Assembly (NCBI GenBank): GCA_976551045.1
Contig: CDPCPM010000665.1
Coordinates: 186,001-250,000 of the forward strand
Direction: 5' to 3'
DNA from: Glaucostegus cemiculus
Lineage: Eukaryota
DNA: 64,000 nt
Made by a program: the position numbers and the translations under genes. Below the pieces are notes generated by a model. The model made no database searches. It saw nothing but the letters and a program-made list of their open reading frames with translations, and had not been told where the DNA came from. This document shows, in pieces, positions 1 through 12,530 of the stretch (within the stretch, counting starts at the first letter, position 1; the number at the start of each line of letters is the position of its first letter).

Positions 1-39
1 TCCTTCAGTTCTCTCATAACTTGCACTAGTTTTAATTCA

Positions 40-1285
40 TGTTTTGGGATCTAGGCATCGCAAGAGAGGCCACATTTTATTGTCCTTCACTATAAGTTCT
101 TAAGAAGGTGGTGGTGCACTCTGAAGATACTTCCATAGTGCTGTTGGGTCAGGAGACTGAAGATTTAGACCCAGCAACAATGAAGGAAAGCCAATATAAG
201 GGAGGTCTGTGACTTGAAGGGAACCTGGAGGTGGTGGTATTCCCATGCATCAGCTGCTTTTGTCCTCGTGGTTGTGGTTGTGGAATTTGGCCTACTGTTG
301 GAATCACCTAAGCGAGCAATTGCGGTGCATTTTGCAGATGATGCACACTGCAGCTACTGTGTTCCACTGATGGAGGAAAGAAATGTTTAAGTTGGTAGAT
401 GGGCTGCCAGTCAAGCAGGTTGCTTTGTCCAGCATGGTGCTGAGCTTCTTGAGAGTTGTTGGACCTGTACTCATACAGGTAAGTGCTTGTGCTTTGTGGA
501 TGGTGGAGAGGCCTTGGCATGTCAGGAGATGAGTTGCTTGGCATAGGATAGCCATCCTTGAACCTACTCTTGTAAGCATGGTACAAGAGTTGGTCCAGCC
601 TGAGTTACTGGTCAGTGCTAAGCCCCAGGAAATTGATATCAAGGGACTCGGCGATGGTAATGCCTTTGAATGTCAAGGGTAGGTATTTGGACTCTTTCTT
701 CTTGTCGATAGTCATTGCCTGGCACTTCTGTGACTTAATAATTATCAGCCCTTGTTTGAATGTTTTCTAGATCTTGTGGCATTGACTGCTTTATTTGTTA
801 AGGAGTTGTGAATGGGGAGGAGTTGATGAAGCAGATGAAAAATGGTTGGGAATAGGACATTGCTCTGATGGACTTCCACAGGAATGTCCTGTCCTCGAGC
901 TGGAATGACTGGCCTCCAATAACCACACCCATCTTCCATTGCGTGAGAGGAACACTGGAGTGTTTTTCCTTTGATGCCAGTAGATTGGCTCTTCGATGCC
1001 ACACTTGGTTAAAAGCTGCCTTGATGTTAAGGGCAGTTACTTTTACCTCGCTTCTGAAATTCAGCTCTTTGGTTCATGTTTGGACCAAAGCTGCAATGAA
1101 GTCTGCAGTCGATGGTCCTGGTGAAACCCAAACTAAGCATCTGTGAGCTGGTTATGGTTGAGCAGGTGCTATTTGAAAGCAATGTTGATGACCAAGAGTA
1201 GGCTCCTTGGGTGGTAATTGCCCTACTTTGTGTTAACTGGGCAATTTTTCCCATTGTTGGGTAGATACCAGTGATGTAATTCTAC
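40..1285 (-). mobile_element. Decayed LINE (CR1/L2-clade, shark-type), 3' portion
   Basis: Homologous to 20165-25960, 44880-45350 and 49570-50370 (shared ggtggtattcccatgcatc..., gcagtgcattttgcagatg..., tgaagcagatgaaaatggttggg motifs). No intact ORF. Confidence 0.7.
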
Positions 1286-1287
1286 TG

Positions 1288-1590
1288 TGGTGTAGCTTTT
1301 ATTGCTGCTGCCTCACAGTTCCAGGGACCTAGGTTCAAACCTGATCTTGGATGCGATCTGTGCAGAGTTTGCACATTCTCTCCATAACTACGTGGGTGTC
1401 CTCCTGATGCTCCATTTTTTTCCCATTCCCAAAGACGTACTGATAGATTAATTGGTGTAAATTACCTTTTAACTGATGGCAAGAAGGATCAAAGGGAAAT
1501 AAGGAGAGGAGTGAGAACTAATGGGTTTGGTTCACTGAGAGTTGGCTTGGACGTGGGCTGAAAGGCTGCCTTTTGCGTTATTATAAATAT
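1288..1590 (+). mobile_element. Old V-SINE (HE1-like) with CR1-type tail
   Basis: tRNA-like head (ggttcaaacc B box), V-domain gagtttgcacattctc...cccaaagacgt, tail tgggctgaaaggctgcc. Confidence 0.75.
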
Positions 1591-1604
1591 AAGAAGCACC
1601 GTGG

Positions 1605-1728
1605 AGGTTCTCGACCCAAAACATTAACCATCCCTCTGCCTCCAGAGATGCTGCCTGACCACTCTGAGGCCCACCAGCAGTTTGCTTTTTGCTGTAGATT
1701 GTAGCATCTGCAGTCTCTCATGCCTCCA
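1605..1728 (+). mobile_element. Penelope-like element terminal (pLTR) fragment
   Basis: gatgctgcctgacc...agcatctgcagtc motif, the same as the terminus attached to the GIY-YIG remnant at 43940-44870. Confidence 0.65.
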
Positions 1729-2479
1729 TGTTATTTATAATGTTTGATTCTGTAAGTACAGCTATGTCAAGCTGTTACCTGAGGGACAGCTCTCCCCGAA
1801 TTTAGACATGAATCCCAAATGCTTCTGAGGAGGACTTTGCAATGTCACCTGGGTGGTGTGAGGTGACTTTGTCATGCCTGAATTCAGTGCCAAGGTCAAT
1901 ATCTAGGGAACTGATATACCTCATCTGCACAGGGTATGTACCTTAGCACTGGTGGAACAACCAAAATCTAAGTGCACCATTCAAGGAGCACAGGCACAGT
2001 ACCCTAGTGTTCTTCATGAACTTAACCTCTTAATTAAATTTACTGTTAGAAATATATATATACTTTGGGTACTATTCTTTAAGAATGTGCAGTTACATTG
2101 GTAATGATAACTGGAAAGGTAGATTGCAAAGAATTTTGATCAATATATTAAGGACATGAACATTTCTGCAGCTAATTCAATATTATGTGTTCCTTGGGCT
2201 TTCAGATATTTTTACTTTGCTCAAGGGCTGATCTTCCATTTACAGGCTATTTTCTTCTGTAGAGATTAATTGTATTTTTGTTTCTTCCTTAAACAACAAT
2301 TAAAACTGTTTCATTAAGAAGTCTGGTTGCTAGCTGGTCAACATATGTTTACCTTTGAGGTGCTTTCCTTATGGCCTTCCACTCTTGTGCTGTACAAATA
2401 GCACTGTGTTAATGTTATGCAGTGGTATGTTGTCTGTGGTTCATTGGTAACACTGGCTTCTTGAGCCATTGTACGCATT

Positions 2480-2575
2480 TAGGCTGGCCTGTTTCTCTAT
2501 GTTGCAGCAGCGATTACACTTCAAAAACATTTCGTTGACTGCAGGTACTTTGGGATGTCCCGAGGCCATGAATCT
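2480..2575 (+). mobile_element. DeuSINE (SacSINE1-like) 3' tail fragment
   Basis: gattacacttcaaaaacatttcgttgactgcaggtactttgggatgtcc resembles the 3' end of the copy at 29272-29620. Confidence 0.55.
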
Positions 2576-2974
2576 TGCTCTTTAGATTCAAGTTTATTCT
2601 TTTATCTTGCCAGTTCTTTGAACACTGCAGAGTCCCTGATATTCCGATTGTAAAGTAGTTTCTGTCACAGTTTATTAAAAAGCTGTTGCTCTTTGGTGTT
2701 TGAACTTTTCCCAGTTGTTGAGAAAATTCTGTATTAGCCAAAGACTTGAGAAAAAAAGACTTTTTATTTGCCAAGCGACTTGAGTGTTCAAGTTTTTACA
2801 GGATGCACAACAATCATGTTTTTTCTCTGTCAACCTTGTTGGTTACTCATTTGCATATCAGTATGGCTTATTCAAACATTTTCAAGCTATTGTACAAGGT
2901 GACGGGAGGTTTCAGAAAACTCCTCCCATTATTCCCCTTTGATGGAAATTATTTTTTTTACAGAGAATTTCAAA

Positions 2975-4153
2975 TCAGAATCAGAATCAGTTTTATTGTC
3001 ACAACCACATACATACAAAGTATGCAGAGGAGCGATATACCGTCCTCCTCAGGTGCTCATCCCATACAAAAATAACATAACAACCAACAGAGAGACACAT
3101 ACACACTTGGCAGAATGCATAGTACAGATCATTACACCTTAAAAGCTAAGGGGATTGAACTTAAATTCAGGATCAATTTATCGATTTTCACTTACACGTA
3201 TACATGTGCAAAAGACATCAAAGACAATAAAGGACACCTGGACAAAAACATCAAAACATTAACAGCCCCCCTGCCTCACCCCGCACCGACGACCACCTCC
3301 AACCCCCGCAGTCCTACAACCTCAGGGCCCACAGACCATCAACAACCCCGGCCACAGTCCGACAGTCCGACCACCTCCGGCCCCACAGGCCGACGACCCC
3401 CGGCTCCTTCGCCTCCGACTCCGCAGTCCGACGGCCTCCGGCCCCGAATTCCGACCCCGCAGTCCGACGGCCTCCGGCCCCGAATTCCGACCCCGCAGTC
3501 CGACGGCCTCCGGCCCCGAATTCCGACCCCGCAGTCCGACGGCCTCCGGCCCCGAATTCCGACCCCGCAGTCCGACGGCCTCCGGCCCCGAATTCCGACC
3601 CCGCAGTCCGACGGCCTCCGGCCCCGAATTCCGACCCCGCAGTCCGACGGCCTCCGGCCCCGAATTCCGACCCCGCAGTCCGACGGCCTCCGGCCCCGAA
3701 TTCCGACCCCGCAGTCCGACGGCCTCCGGCCCCGAATTCCGACCCCGCAGTCCGACGGCCTCCGGCCCCGAATTCCGACCCCGCAGTCCGACGGCCTCCG
3801 GCCCCGAATTCCGACCCCGCAGTCCGACGGCCTCCGGCCCCGAATTCCGACCCCGCAGTCCGACGGCCTCAAGCCCCGCAGGCCGACCACCTCCGGCCCG
3901 AGCAGCCCCCTCACCGCCCGCATCCCGACGTCACCACGAGGCTCCCGGGCCTTCAAGACGCTGCCGCCTCCGATGAGCTCCGACGAGCCGTCGGAGCCGA
4001 CAGTACTGACAACGACTCCATAAAACAGCGCACAAACATCAAGAACAAAGAACACACAAGAAAAAAACACAGAAAAACACTAGAAGACTAACAAAAAAAG
4101 ACAAGGACTACAGACCTGGGAGAGGCCGCTGCAACCAGGTGCGCCGCCATCTT
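2975..4153 (-). mobile_element. Non-autonomous LINE-mobilised element (Rex1/Babar- or L2-type ends) containing a VNTR
   Basis: Minus-strand 5' end AAGATGGCGGCGC (4153-4141). Minus-strand 3' end gtgacaataaaa + (CTGATT)n at 2975-3002, like the Rex tail at 20570. No RT or endonuclease coding inside. Confidence 0.6.
3421..3870. repeat. Perfect 36-bp minisatellite, 12.5 copies
   Basis: Unit CCGCAGTCCGACGGCCTCCGGCCCCGAATTCCGACC repeated identically 3421-3852 plus a half unit to 3870. Degenerate related units on both sides. Confidence 0.98.
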
Positions 4154-4751
4154 CATATGTCTTTAATGTCACTTTTGGGCTTTTCTGCAGAATGGGACAA
4201 GGTGATCTCACAGACGATGTGGTAGCTAAACTAGTCCATAATGATAAAATAACAGAAGATCTCTGGCAGGTGAAGAAGAAAAATAATTTTAAGTAATAGC
4301 TCTAAAGGGGCAAGATCTCCACTTGTGGAAAAAAATGCACACAAGGACAGATGAAGAAGGAAGGGACAATGTTGAAACTAAATCAAAAAACATATAAAGA
4401 AACATAGTCTAGCACATCCTTGAACGAAAATCAAAGCATAATAAGATGACTAAGCAGATATTCAGAGCTGTAAAATGAGTATGGAGAAAAACTTGCAAGG
4501 GATGTCAAAATTAACAGCATTTTTATAATTAGCGAAAAGGTGAGGCCATGAGCTCCTTGAAAAACGGAAACAGTAAAGTTGTAAGTGAAAATAAGAAATC
4601 AGTGGACATGTGGATTAATTATTTTGTACCAGTGTTTACAGTGGAGGAAGGGAATAGCTTGTCAGCCATCCCAAGGGGACTAGTGCTGAATCAAAGGGCA
4701 TTAACTCTTTAAAATGAAAGTAAGTGTAACCTGAGTAGTAATTGAGAGTAA

Positions 4752-5231
4752 CTGGAAAGAGTGCAGAGAAGATTTGCGAGGATGTTGCCGGGACCAGAAG
4801 GACTGAGTTACAGGGAGAGGTCGGCCAGGCTAGGTCTTCATTCCTTGAAACGTAGGAGAATGAGGGGCATCCTAATAGAATAGTTTAAAATTATGAGAGG
4901 CTTAGGTAACGTGGATAGTAACAGACTTTTCTCCATGTTATGGGTCCAAATGTAGGGGGCATAGATTTAGGTTGAGATGGGAAAGATTTAAAAGGGACCT
5001 GAGGGGCAACTTTTTTACACAGGGGATGCTGAGTATATGGAATGAGATGGCAGAAGAGGTGAGTGAGGCAGGTTCAATAGTATCATTTAAGAAGCACTTT
5101 GATAGGTATATGGAGGGGAGGGACATGGGCTGAATGCAGGAAACTGTGACTAGCTATGTGTGTACTGTGGTCAGCATGGACTGGTTGGGCCAAGGGACCT
5201 GTATCCGTGCTGTATTGCTCTATAACTCTAA
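4752..5231 (+). mobile_element. CR1/HER1-like 3' fragment
   Basis: gaaagagtgcagagaagatttgcgaggatgttgccggga (ERVQRRF-RMLPG) through 3' tail gggacctgtatccgtgctgtattgctctataactcta. Confidence 0.85.
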
Positions 5232-5644
5232 TAAACGTAAGGGCAAACTCCCAGACCCGAACTTTTAACCCAGAATTCTAAAAGTGTGTACGTGCCCTCA
5301 CTTGAACCTAACAACATTTTCTTGATTTGGGAACCCTTCCTTTAGATTGAAAAATTATTCATGCTATTGTGATAATAAAGAAAGTTGAGAAATGGCCACC
5401 AGGGAATTATGTTGTTGGAAAATTGCTGGAGGGAAAGTGGGGAATCATGACCGAGCATCTTGATCAGAGGTGCCAGCGTGGATTTGTGAAGGGAAGATCA
5501 TGTCTGGGTAACCAATTAAATCTTTTGGAAATACCAACTGGATTAGTGGGCAGGGGAGTGTCTAAGGGTGCTCTTTGACTGGAGCTCCAGAAAGCATTTG
5601 ATAGAAGTCCCATAATACAGTTGTTAGCTAAGTTTGAATAAATA

Positions 5645-5942
5645 ATAAGATATCTATATTAGTCATATGTACATAGAAACACTCAGTGAAATGCATCTTT
5701 TGCATAGACTGTTCAGGGGGGGAGCCCACAAGTATCACCACACTTCTGACACCAGCATATCATGCCCACAACTTCCTAACCTGTACATCTTTGGAATGTG
5801 GGAGGAAACCGGGGCACCCCAGAGGAAACCCACACAGACACGGGGAGAACGTACAAACTCCTTACAGACAGTGGCGGGAATTGAACCCAGCTCACTGGCG
5901 CTGTAATAGCGTTACACTAACCACTACACTACTGTGCCTGCC
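5645..5942 (-). mobile_element. V-SINE (HE1-like head, Rex-like tail subfamily)
   Basis: Reverse complement of the 29768-30069 copy; V-domain ggaatgtgggaggaaaccgg...ggggagaacgtacaaactcc. Confidence 0.9.
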
Positions 5943-6239
5943 TACTCATGGAGTTGAAGAAAATTATTGATCTAGTTGGATGAGCAGCAGGAGACAGAGT
6001 GGCGATATGAACCAGATACTCAAATTGGCAGGATGTCTTACAATTTGTACACAAATTTCTGTTTTGGGTCCACTGTTCACTGTAACTGAATCAGACGATG
6101 CGATAGAATGCTAAGCAGCCAAGCGTGATGCAAAGACATGAGGCATTATAAGTAGTGCAGAAGAGACCATTAAGTTTTATGAATGAATGACCAAAGCTAT
6201 TATTGTTTGAACAGCTTGTGCATCAAGAATGGCACGGTG

Positions 6240-7730
6240 AGCATCATTTTCCAATTCTCTTTGGCTACAGTGAGGTGCAGGAAGACAACTAGTGTAGCTC
6301 CATTGCTTCAGTAAAGAGAGGGAGAATGACCATGTAATTCCAGGCCAGCCAACCTGGTGCAGGAAGACAACTAGTGTAGCTCCATTGCTTCAGTAAAGAG
6401 AGGGAGAATGACCATGTAATTCCAGGCCAGCCAACCTATCATTGGTGGTGGGTAAATTTTTGGATTAAATGTCGAGGGGTAGCATTAATCAGGATTTGGA
6501 AAGGAACAGTTAAAAAGCACTTGGTAAAGGATTGTTATATCTGATGAATTTGATAGAATTCTTTTTGAGGAAGTGACGTGGGATCCGTGTAGATGAGTAA
6601 TTGTAGGTCAATGTAGACGTGGGCTGAAGGACCTGTTTCTGTGCATTCCGAGTTTAAGGAAGGTCAATGAGGCTTGTGAAGTCAAGGTAGATTTTTAACA
6701 AGGCATTGAACAAAATTCCTCATGGCAGAATGATTAGAAATGTAAAAACTGCTGTGATCCAATGAAAAGATCCAGTGTTAGCTTAGTGGTTGAAAGCAAA
6801 GGGTAATGGTGGACAGGAATTATAGTACCACTCTGTAGTAGAGTTTCCCAGACTTTAGAATTTTTTGTAGTCTGTAACAGTGATCTGGACTTGAATCTTA
6901 AATTATAGGGGCAATGATTGGTGATGATACCAAAATGGACAGTGTGGTTGATAATGAAGGTAGTTCTAGGCTGCAGGAAGATACTAATGGATTGGCCATG
7001 TTGGCAGAAGAGTAACATGTGGAATCCAGTCTATCCATGTGTGTTAGTACATTTGCAAATGGAAAACAAGGCAAATGAATGACTAATTAATAGCAAGAGA
7101 ATGCTGAAGATTGTGGAAGAACAGAGGGATCTTGGAGTGCATGTCCACAGGGCAGCACAAGTAGCTGAAGTTGTTACGAACAGATTCCTGCCTTATTGGA
7201 AGAAGCTCAGAATACAAGAGCAAGGAGGTTGTTGGAAATGTATAAGACATTAATTAAGCCACAGCACTGTGAACTGTTCTGGTAACTACACTTCATAAAG
7301 CATGAGTATACACCAGAGAGAGTTTTGAGAAGATATTGAAAGATAGAAAATTTTAGTAAGCAGGAGAATGTGGCTAGGCTTGGGATGTTTTCTGTAGACC
7401 AAGGGAGACTGAGGGGAGATTTAAGTGAGGCCGAGGCTGAGTGTACGGTTAAGATAGTACAAGAGGTCAAGAACTACATAACATGTATTTAAAGTAATTA
7501 GTTAAGGGGAGTTGGTTAAAAAAAAATATTTTCATCTGAAGAATCGTGCGTCCCTGGGTCTCTGCTTGAGTGCTGGAGGCAGAGATTTTCAACATACTTA
7601 AACTGACTGGGTGGGCAGTTAAAGTGCTGCAGCCTAAAGAGCTATGGACTGGAAACAGACGTGGGAATAGCCTCAATGCTTTGACTAGCATGGACCTGAT
7701 GGATTAAACGGTCATCTGTGCTGTAAGTTT
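6240..7730 (+). mobile_element. Old decayed CR1 ORF2 and 3' end
   Basis: gattttaacaaggcattgaacaaaattcctcatgg (DF-KA--K-PH), gatgataccaaa (DDTK), gaacagagggatcttggagtg (EQRDLGV). Confidence 0.75.
6274..6437. repeat. Exact 82-bp tandem duplication
   Basis: 6274-6355 is identical to 6356-6437. Confidence 0.95.
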
Positions 7731-7996
7731 TGATTTCGGTGTCGGCAAATGTGAGGATACGCACTTTGAACTGCCAGTCTATGGTGCTAACTATGTTGAT
7801 TCAGTGCATTGTACTCTGCCTCTGAAAATCATTCCAATAACTTGAGTAGTACATTGAGCATTTCCAACTAGGTTGAATATCTTCTTTACCAATAAATAAC
7901 AAAATGCAAGAAGTTTACATTTAGAGTTGCCATCTCTGCAATTCAGGAGCTGATGGGGTTGAGAGTAAGAAACTATTTCCATTAGTTGGAATAACC

Positions 7997-8210
7997 ACAG
8001 AAAATGCTGGAAACACTCAGCAGGTCATGGAGAATTTGTGGAAAGGGAAACAGAGTTAACATTTCAGGTCCAGGACCTCTTGTCAGAACTTGGTTAAGAT
8101 CTTGAACCTAAAATGTTAACTCTGCTTCTCTTTACACAGATGCTGCCTGACCAGTTGAATATGTCCGGCATTTTCTGTTTTTACTTCAGGTTTCCAGTAT
8201 CTGCAGTTTT
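7997..8210. mobile_element. Palindromic Penelope-derived mini-element (inverted pLTR pair)
   Basis: Left arm cagaaaatgctggaaacactcagcaggtca...gagttaacatttcaggtcc is the reverse complement of right arm aacctaaaatgttaactc...gatgctgcctgaccagttgaatatgtccggcattttctg. Confidence 0.8.
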
Positions 8211-8387
8211 ATTTTATTTCTACTAGTTTGATGTCTAGTCTAGGGATGATTGTCTAAAATAGCATTAATCTGAAGTCTAGGATGGTTGGATTTTGCTAAG
8301 GAAAGATATTAAGGGATAGAAGTAGGAATATGGAGCTGGGTCAAAGTATGATCTTATTAAATTGCTGAAAATAGTCTCAATAGTTTT

Positions 8388-9406
8388 ACTCTGAGTGGAG
8401 GTCGTTGACCAGTGGTGTACCTCAGGGATCTGTACTGGGACCCTTGCTCTTTGTGATTTTCATAAACGACCTGGATGAGGAAGTGGAGGGGTAGGTTAGT
8501 AAGTTTGCATATGACACAAAGGTTGGGGGTGTTGTCGATAGTTTGGAGGGCTGTCAGAGGTTACAGAGGGACATAGATAGGATGCAGAGTTGGGCTAAGA
8601 AGTGGCAGATGCAGTTCAACCCAGATAAGTATTCATTTTGGTAGGTCAAATATGATGGCAGATTACAGCATTAATGGTAGGACTCTTGGCAGTGTGGAGG
8701 ATCAGAGGGATCTTGGGGTCTGAGTCCATAGGACACTCAAAGCGGCTGCGCAGGTTGACTCTGTGGTCAAGAAGGCATATGATGTATTGTCCTCATAAAT
8801 CGTGGAATTGAATTTAGGAGCCAAGAGGTATTGTTGCAGCTATATAGGTCCCTGGTCAGACCCCACCTGGAGTATTGTGCTCAGTTCTGGTCGCCTCACT
8901 ACAGGAAGGATCTGGAAGCCATAGAAAGGGTGCAGAGGAGATTTACAAGGATGCTGCCTGGAATGCGGAGCATGCCTTATGAAAGCAGGTTGAGGGAACT
9001 CAGCCTTTTCTCCTTGGAGAGACGGAGGATGAGGGGTGACCTGATAAAGGTGTATAAAATGATGAGAGGTATTGATTGGGTAGATAGTCAGAGGCTTTTC
9101 CCCAGGGCTGAAATGGTGGCCACAAGAGGACATAGGGTTAAGATGCTGGGGAGTAGATATAGAGGAAATGTTGGGTAAGTTTTTTACACAGAGAGTGGTG
9201 AATGTGTGGAATGGGCTGCCGGCAACGGTGGAGGCGGATACACTAGGGTCTTTTAAGAGACTGTTGGATAGGTATATGGAGCTGAGAGAAATAGAGGGCT
9301 ATGGGTAAGCCTAGTAATTTCTAGGGTAGGGACATGTTTGGCACAGCTTTGTGGGCTGAAAGGCCTGAATTGTGCTGTAGGTGTTCTATGTTTCTGTGTT
9401 TCTATG
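8388..9406 (+). mobile_element. Young 5'-truncated CR1 (HER1-like)
   Basis: [14 protein letters not shown] start, ORF 8831-9178 [24 protein letters not shown], (TTTCTATG)-like tail. Has stops and frameshifts. Confidence 0.92.
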
Positions 9407-10479
9407 CCTCCCTTCTGCTCCAATGTTCTTATTTTTCCTGTTATGATAACTCACATCTGTGAGAGCATTTGCCAGTCGTGGTTAACATCAAGGAGATTTG
9501 TCACTTTCTATGATTATTGGACACTCAGGAGTTATGTTTAGGAAGAGAATTGCAGTATGAGTTACTCACTTTCATGTCTCATCTACCTCCTAAATTTCCA
9601 GAAAATGTCTGAGTGAATGCACTCGACATATTGCAGCGAGCCTTCTAAGTCTCTGCATATGGATGAGTGCTTTGTTGAGAGGTGATTCTAGCAAGTAATT
9701 GGTTTCTTTGCGTCTTTTATTCTCATTAGTAATGGGTAATCTCAGTTTGAACATAGCGTAAATGGCTTCAAATTTGTATCAAATTAGTTTGGTGACCTGA
9801 TGATGTAAGCATCCCACCCCTCCCACTGTCAAAGTAGCTGAAACCCAATCTAATTTCTTGTACATAAATTCTGCAGTTATTGAATGCACACTGTCAGGTT
9901 CAGTTTTATTCTCATTAAATAGGTCCCAGAGCATGTTGAGATGCTGCTGGGTAATGTTACTAAACCTCTTATAAATCCACCTATCCCTTTCATAAACTTC
10001 TCAGTTTGTTTATGGTAATGATCCCTCATTAGTTTGTAACTTTCATATATAATTCCTCATCTTGGCCTAAGATTTATAACTCATTCCAATAGCTTTTTCC
10101 TCGGTCCAATTTACTCGTGCTTAATCCAGGTTTTTCTGTTTCATTTCCTTTATGCAAAGCTTATACTCTTCTCAGCTGATAATTTCTATCTTTGTTTCTG
10201 GTTCAACAGTGTCCACTCGACCCAAACTCCATCCTCACTCTCTCAGCCAAGCCACTGCAAGTTTCTGTTTGACCATTTGTCACAATGCACATTAAAGTAT
10301 TCAGCTTTTTTTTAAACCATCCTTTTAATTTAAGTTGTTGCTAAACATCAGTTAAAAGGAAGCCAATAAATTCCCAACTTGGGTTAATCTCAGAAAGTTG
10401 ATGCTGGTTGAAGGATGGAGCAGGCCAAGTTTGGGAAGTGTGCAGAAGATAGTTTTAGGGATAGTAAAAGGACTCTTAC

Positions 10480-10800
10480 TTGTTCTGCCATTCAGTTGTG
10501 GAATGGCTGATCTTTTACCTCAGGGTCACTTCACTGAACTAACCCCCATATCCATTCCCCTAGTATCCAAAATTCTCTTAATCTCAGTCTTGACTCTACT
10601 CAGTGCCTGAGTCTCCACAGCCCTCCTGGGTAGAGACTTCGAAAGATTGACCACCCTCTGGAGGAAGAAATTTCTTCTCAACTGGGTTCTGAATGCCTGA
10701 ACACTTATTTTAAGATGTTGACCCCTGGTTGTAGACACCTCAGGCAGCAGAAATATTTTTTCTGTATCTATCCTGCTGAGCATCATTAGAATTTCATATG
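10480..10800 (-). mobile_element. CR1 3' fragment
   Basis: ORF 10526-10891 contains TRGQHLKI...RRNFFLQRVVNL, the CR1 ORF2 C-terminus. Confidence 0.8.
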
Positions 10801-11879
10801 TTTTGCAGTAACTCAGGCATTTTGCAGATGTACCGAAACAGTTAAAATCCATGGCAGTTTCATGATTTCTGGTGATGCAGCATAATACCATCTACCTGAA
10901 TCAACCAAAAACAATGGGTGAAGGATGTGCCTAGACAGAGTTACAAAGAACTGTGTCAACTCCTGAAACCAGACCTGCACCAAGTGAGCAATCCTTGAAT
11001 AATGTTCTCTGTGCAAGTGACAATCACATTAAACTTCAATGCTATTGTCTGTTTCAAGACGAAAACAGGAAAAATTATTCAGACAAGCTTCGATGGAATC
11101 TATTACAGAAGGATCTGATAACCATGCAACCGTAGCTGGAAAAGCAGAATCAACTTTTTCTGATCGAGTGGATTTCTGTAATCATTGCAGTCACAATGAC
11201 AGATTCAACCCCAACCCACCCACTTTTGGCTGGTAGATCAGGAAGCTGTTCCTGTTGAACTATATTGATAGAGCTGCCGGAGTCTGATTTAACATTCTTC
11301 ACAGTGTTACCCATGGCCTTGGGAAACCCTTCAGATCAAGGAAGGAGAGGACCACAAAGAAAGCACTTGTGGCCAGGAGAAGCAGGAGTACAGGGTCACA
11401 GTCCTTTGGTCCCAGGAGCAGATACAGCTTCTCTATCTGCAATCACGAGCATCTGTGTACTTGCTACCAACGGTGGTAAGCCATGAGAGCAGCCTATTTA
11501 GAGAGGTTTTTTGCACTAGTCTGAATGATGCTATCCTTATTATTCATCTAAGTGCAGCAGAGCCTCATGTCATGGACCAATTAATTTGTGCCCTAATGTC
11601 ATCATTAGGAGGTTCCTACACTCTGAAATGCTATATACTACGAGTTATCTTTCACATCGGGTTCAAAGCTGCGCCTCTCTCCTCCGCAGGATTGTGATGT
11701 GTCCTGTAGATTCCACAGAAGCTGCATGTTTTCTGTGTGGGGTAACTGCTGCTTTCAGGTAGTGTTCATTAAACGGTGGTCAGCAACGTAGGTTTGAAGG
11801 ATCATTTATCCCTCCTTCACCTGATATCTTTTTACCTTCATCTATGTGTAAAAAAGAATGTGTAAAACCATTCAAGCCT

Positions 11880-12530
11880 ACAATGACAGATCTCCAGAAC
11901 CAAGATCACTCCACCCTCAGATGTTGAGTTTACAGTATGCAGATGACATCTGCGTTTGCATATATTCAAAGGCCAAGCTTCAAGCTATTGACTTGTTCAC
12001 TGAAGCATATAAGAGAGTGAGCCTGACAGTCAGTATCCACAAGGTAAGTGTCCTCTGCCCTGTTGCACAATGTTGGTCTCCAACAAAATAAGATTCACAG
12101 TGAGATGCTGGAAAATGTGGGCCACTTTGATTATCTGAGGAGCCATTTTTTTTGGTGAAGACAGATATTGACGCCACTGTCTTTGTTAAACCTGCACAGC
12201 CTTTGGTCGATTGAGGAAAAGGGTATCTGAAGATCAAGGTATCGGACCTGGCACAACACTCACTGCCACTGTCGTGATTCCTGCCCTTCTGGATGCTGCT
12301 TGCACTTGGACTAGCTACAGTAAGCCTCTCAAAGCAGATAGATAAGACCAGTGATGTCTCTGTAAAATCCTCATAACTCACTGGAAGGATAATTAAACCA
12401 ATGGCAGTGGCCTCTCCCAGGCCAACATCGCCAGTATTGGGCCCTAGTTACTCTCAGTCCACTCCAATAGGCAGGCCATATTGTTCACATACCCAACACC
12501 AGACTCCCAAAACAAACACTCTATTCAAGG
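11880..12530 (+). mobile_element. Decayed RTE-clade LINE RT fragment
   Basis: LQYADDICVC...AKLQAIDLFTEAYKRVSLTV in ORF 11858-12091; downstream gcaggccatattgttcacatacccaacaccagactcccaaaacaa (AGH...RLPKQ). Confidence 0.75.

Larger units (their letters stand above)
4400..6200 (+). mobile_element. Old decayed CR1 ORF2 fragment with nested insertions
   Basis: CR1 RT remnants (QRGFVKGRSCL in ORF 5369-5578; cagaaagcatttgata = QKAFD). Confidence 0.7.

Noticed and set aside
3421-3870. CRISPR-like array of 36-bp repeats
   Set aside because: Units are contiguous with no spacers, there are no cas genes, and the context is a vertebrate intron. It is a minisatellite.
3115-4070. 302-aa and 243-aa ORFs as real genes
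   Set aside because: They are open only because the GC-rich 36-bp unit has no stop in those frames; no domain or splice support.
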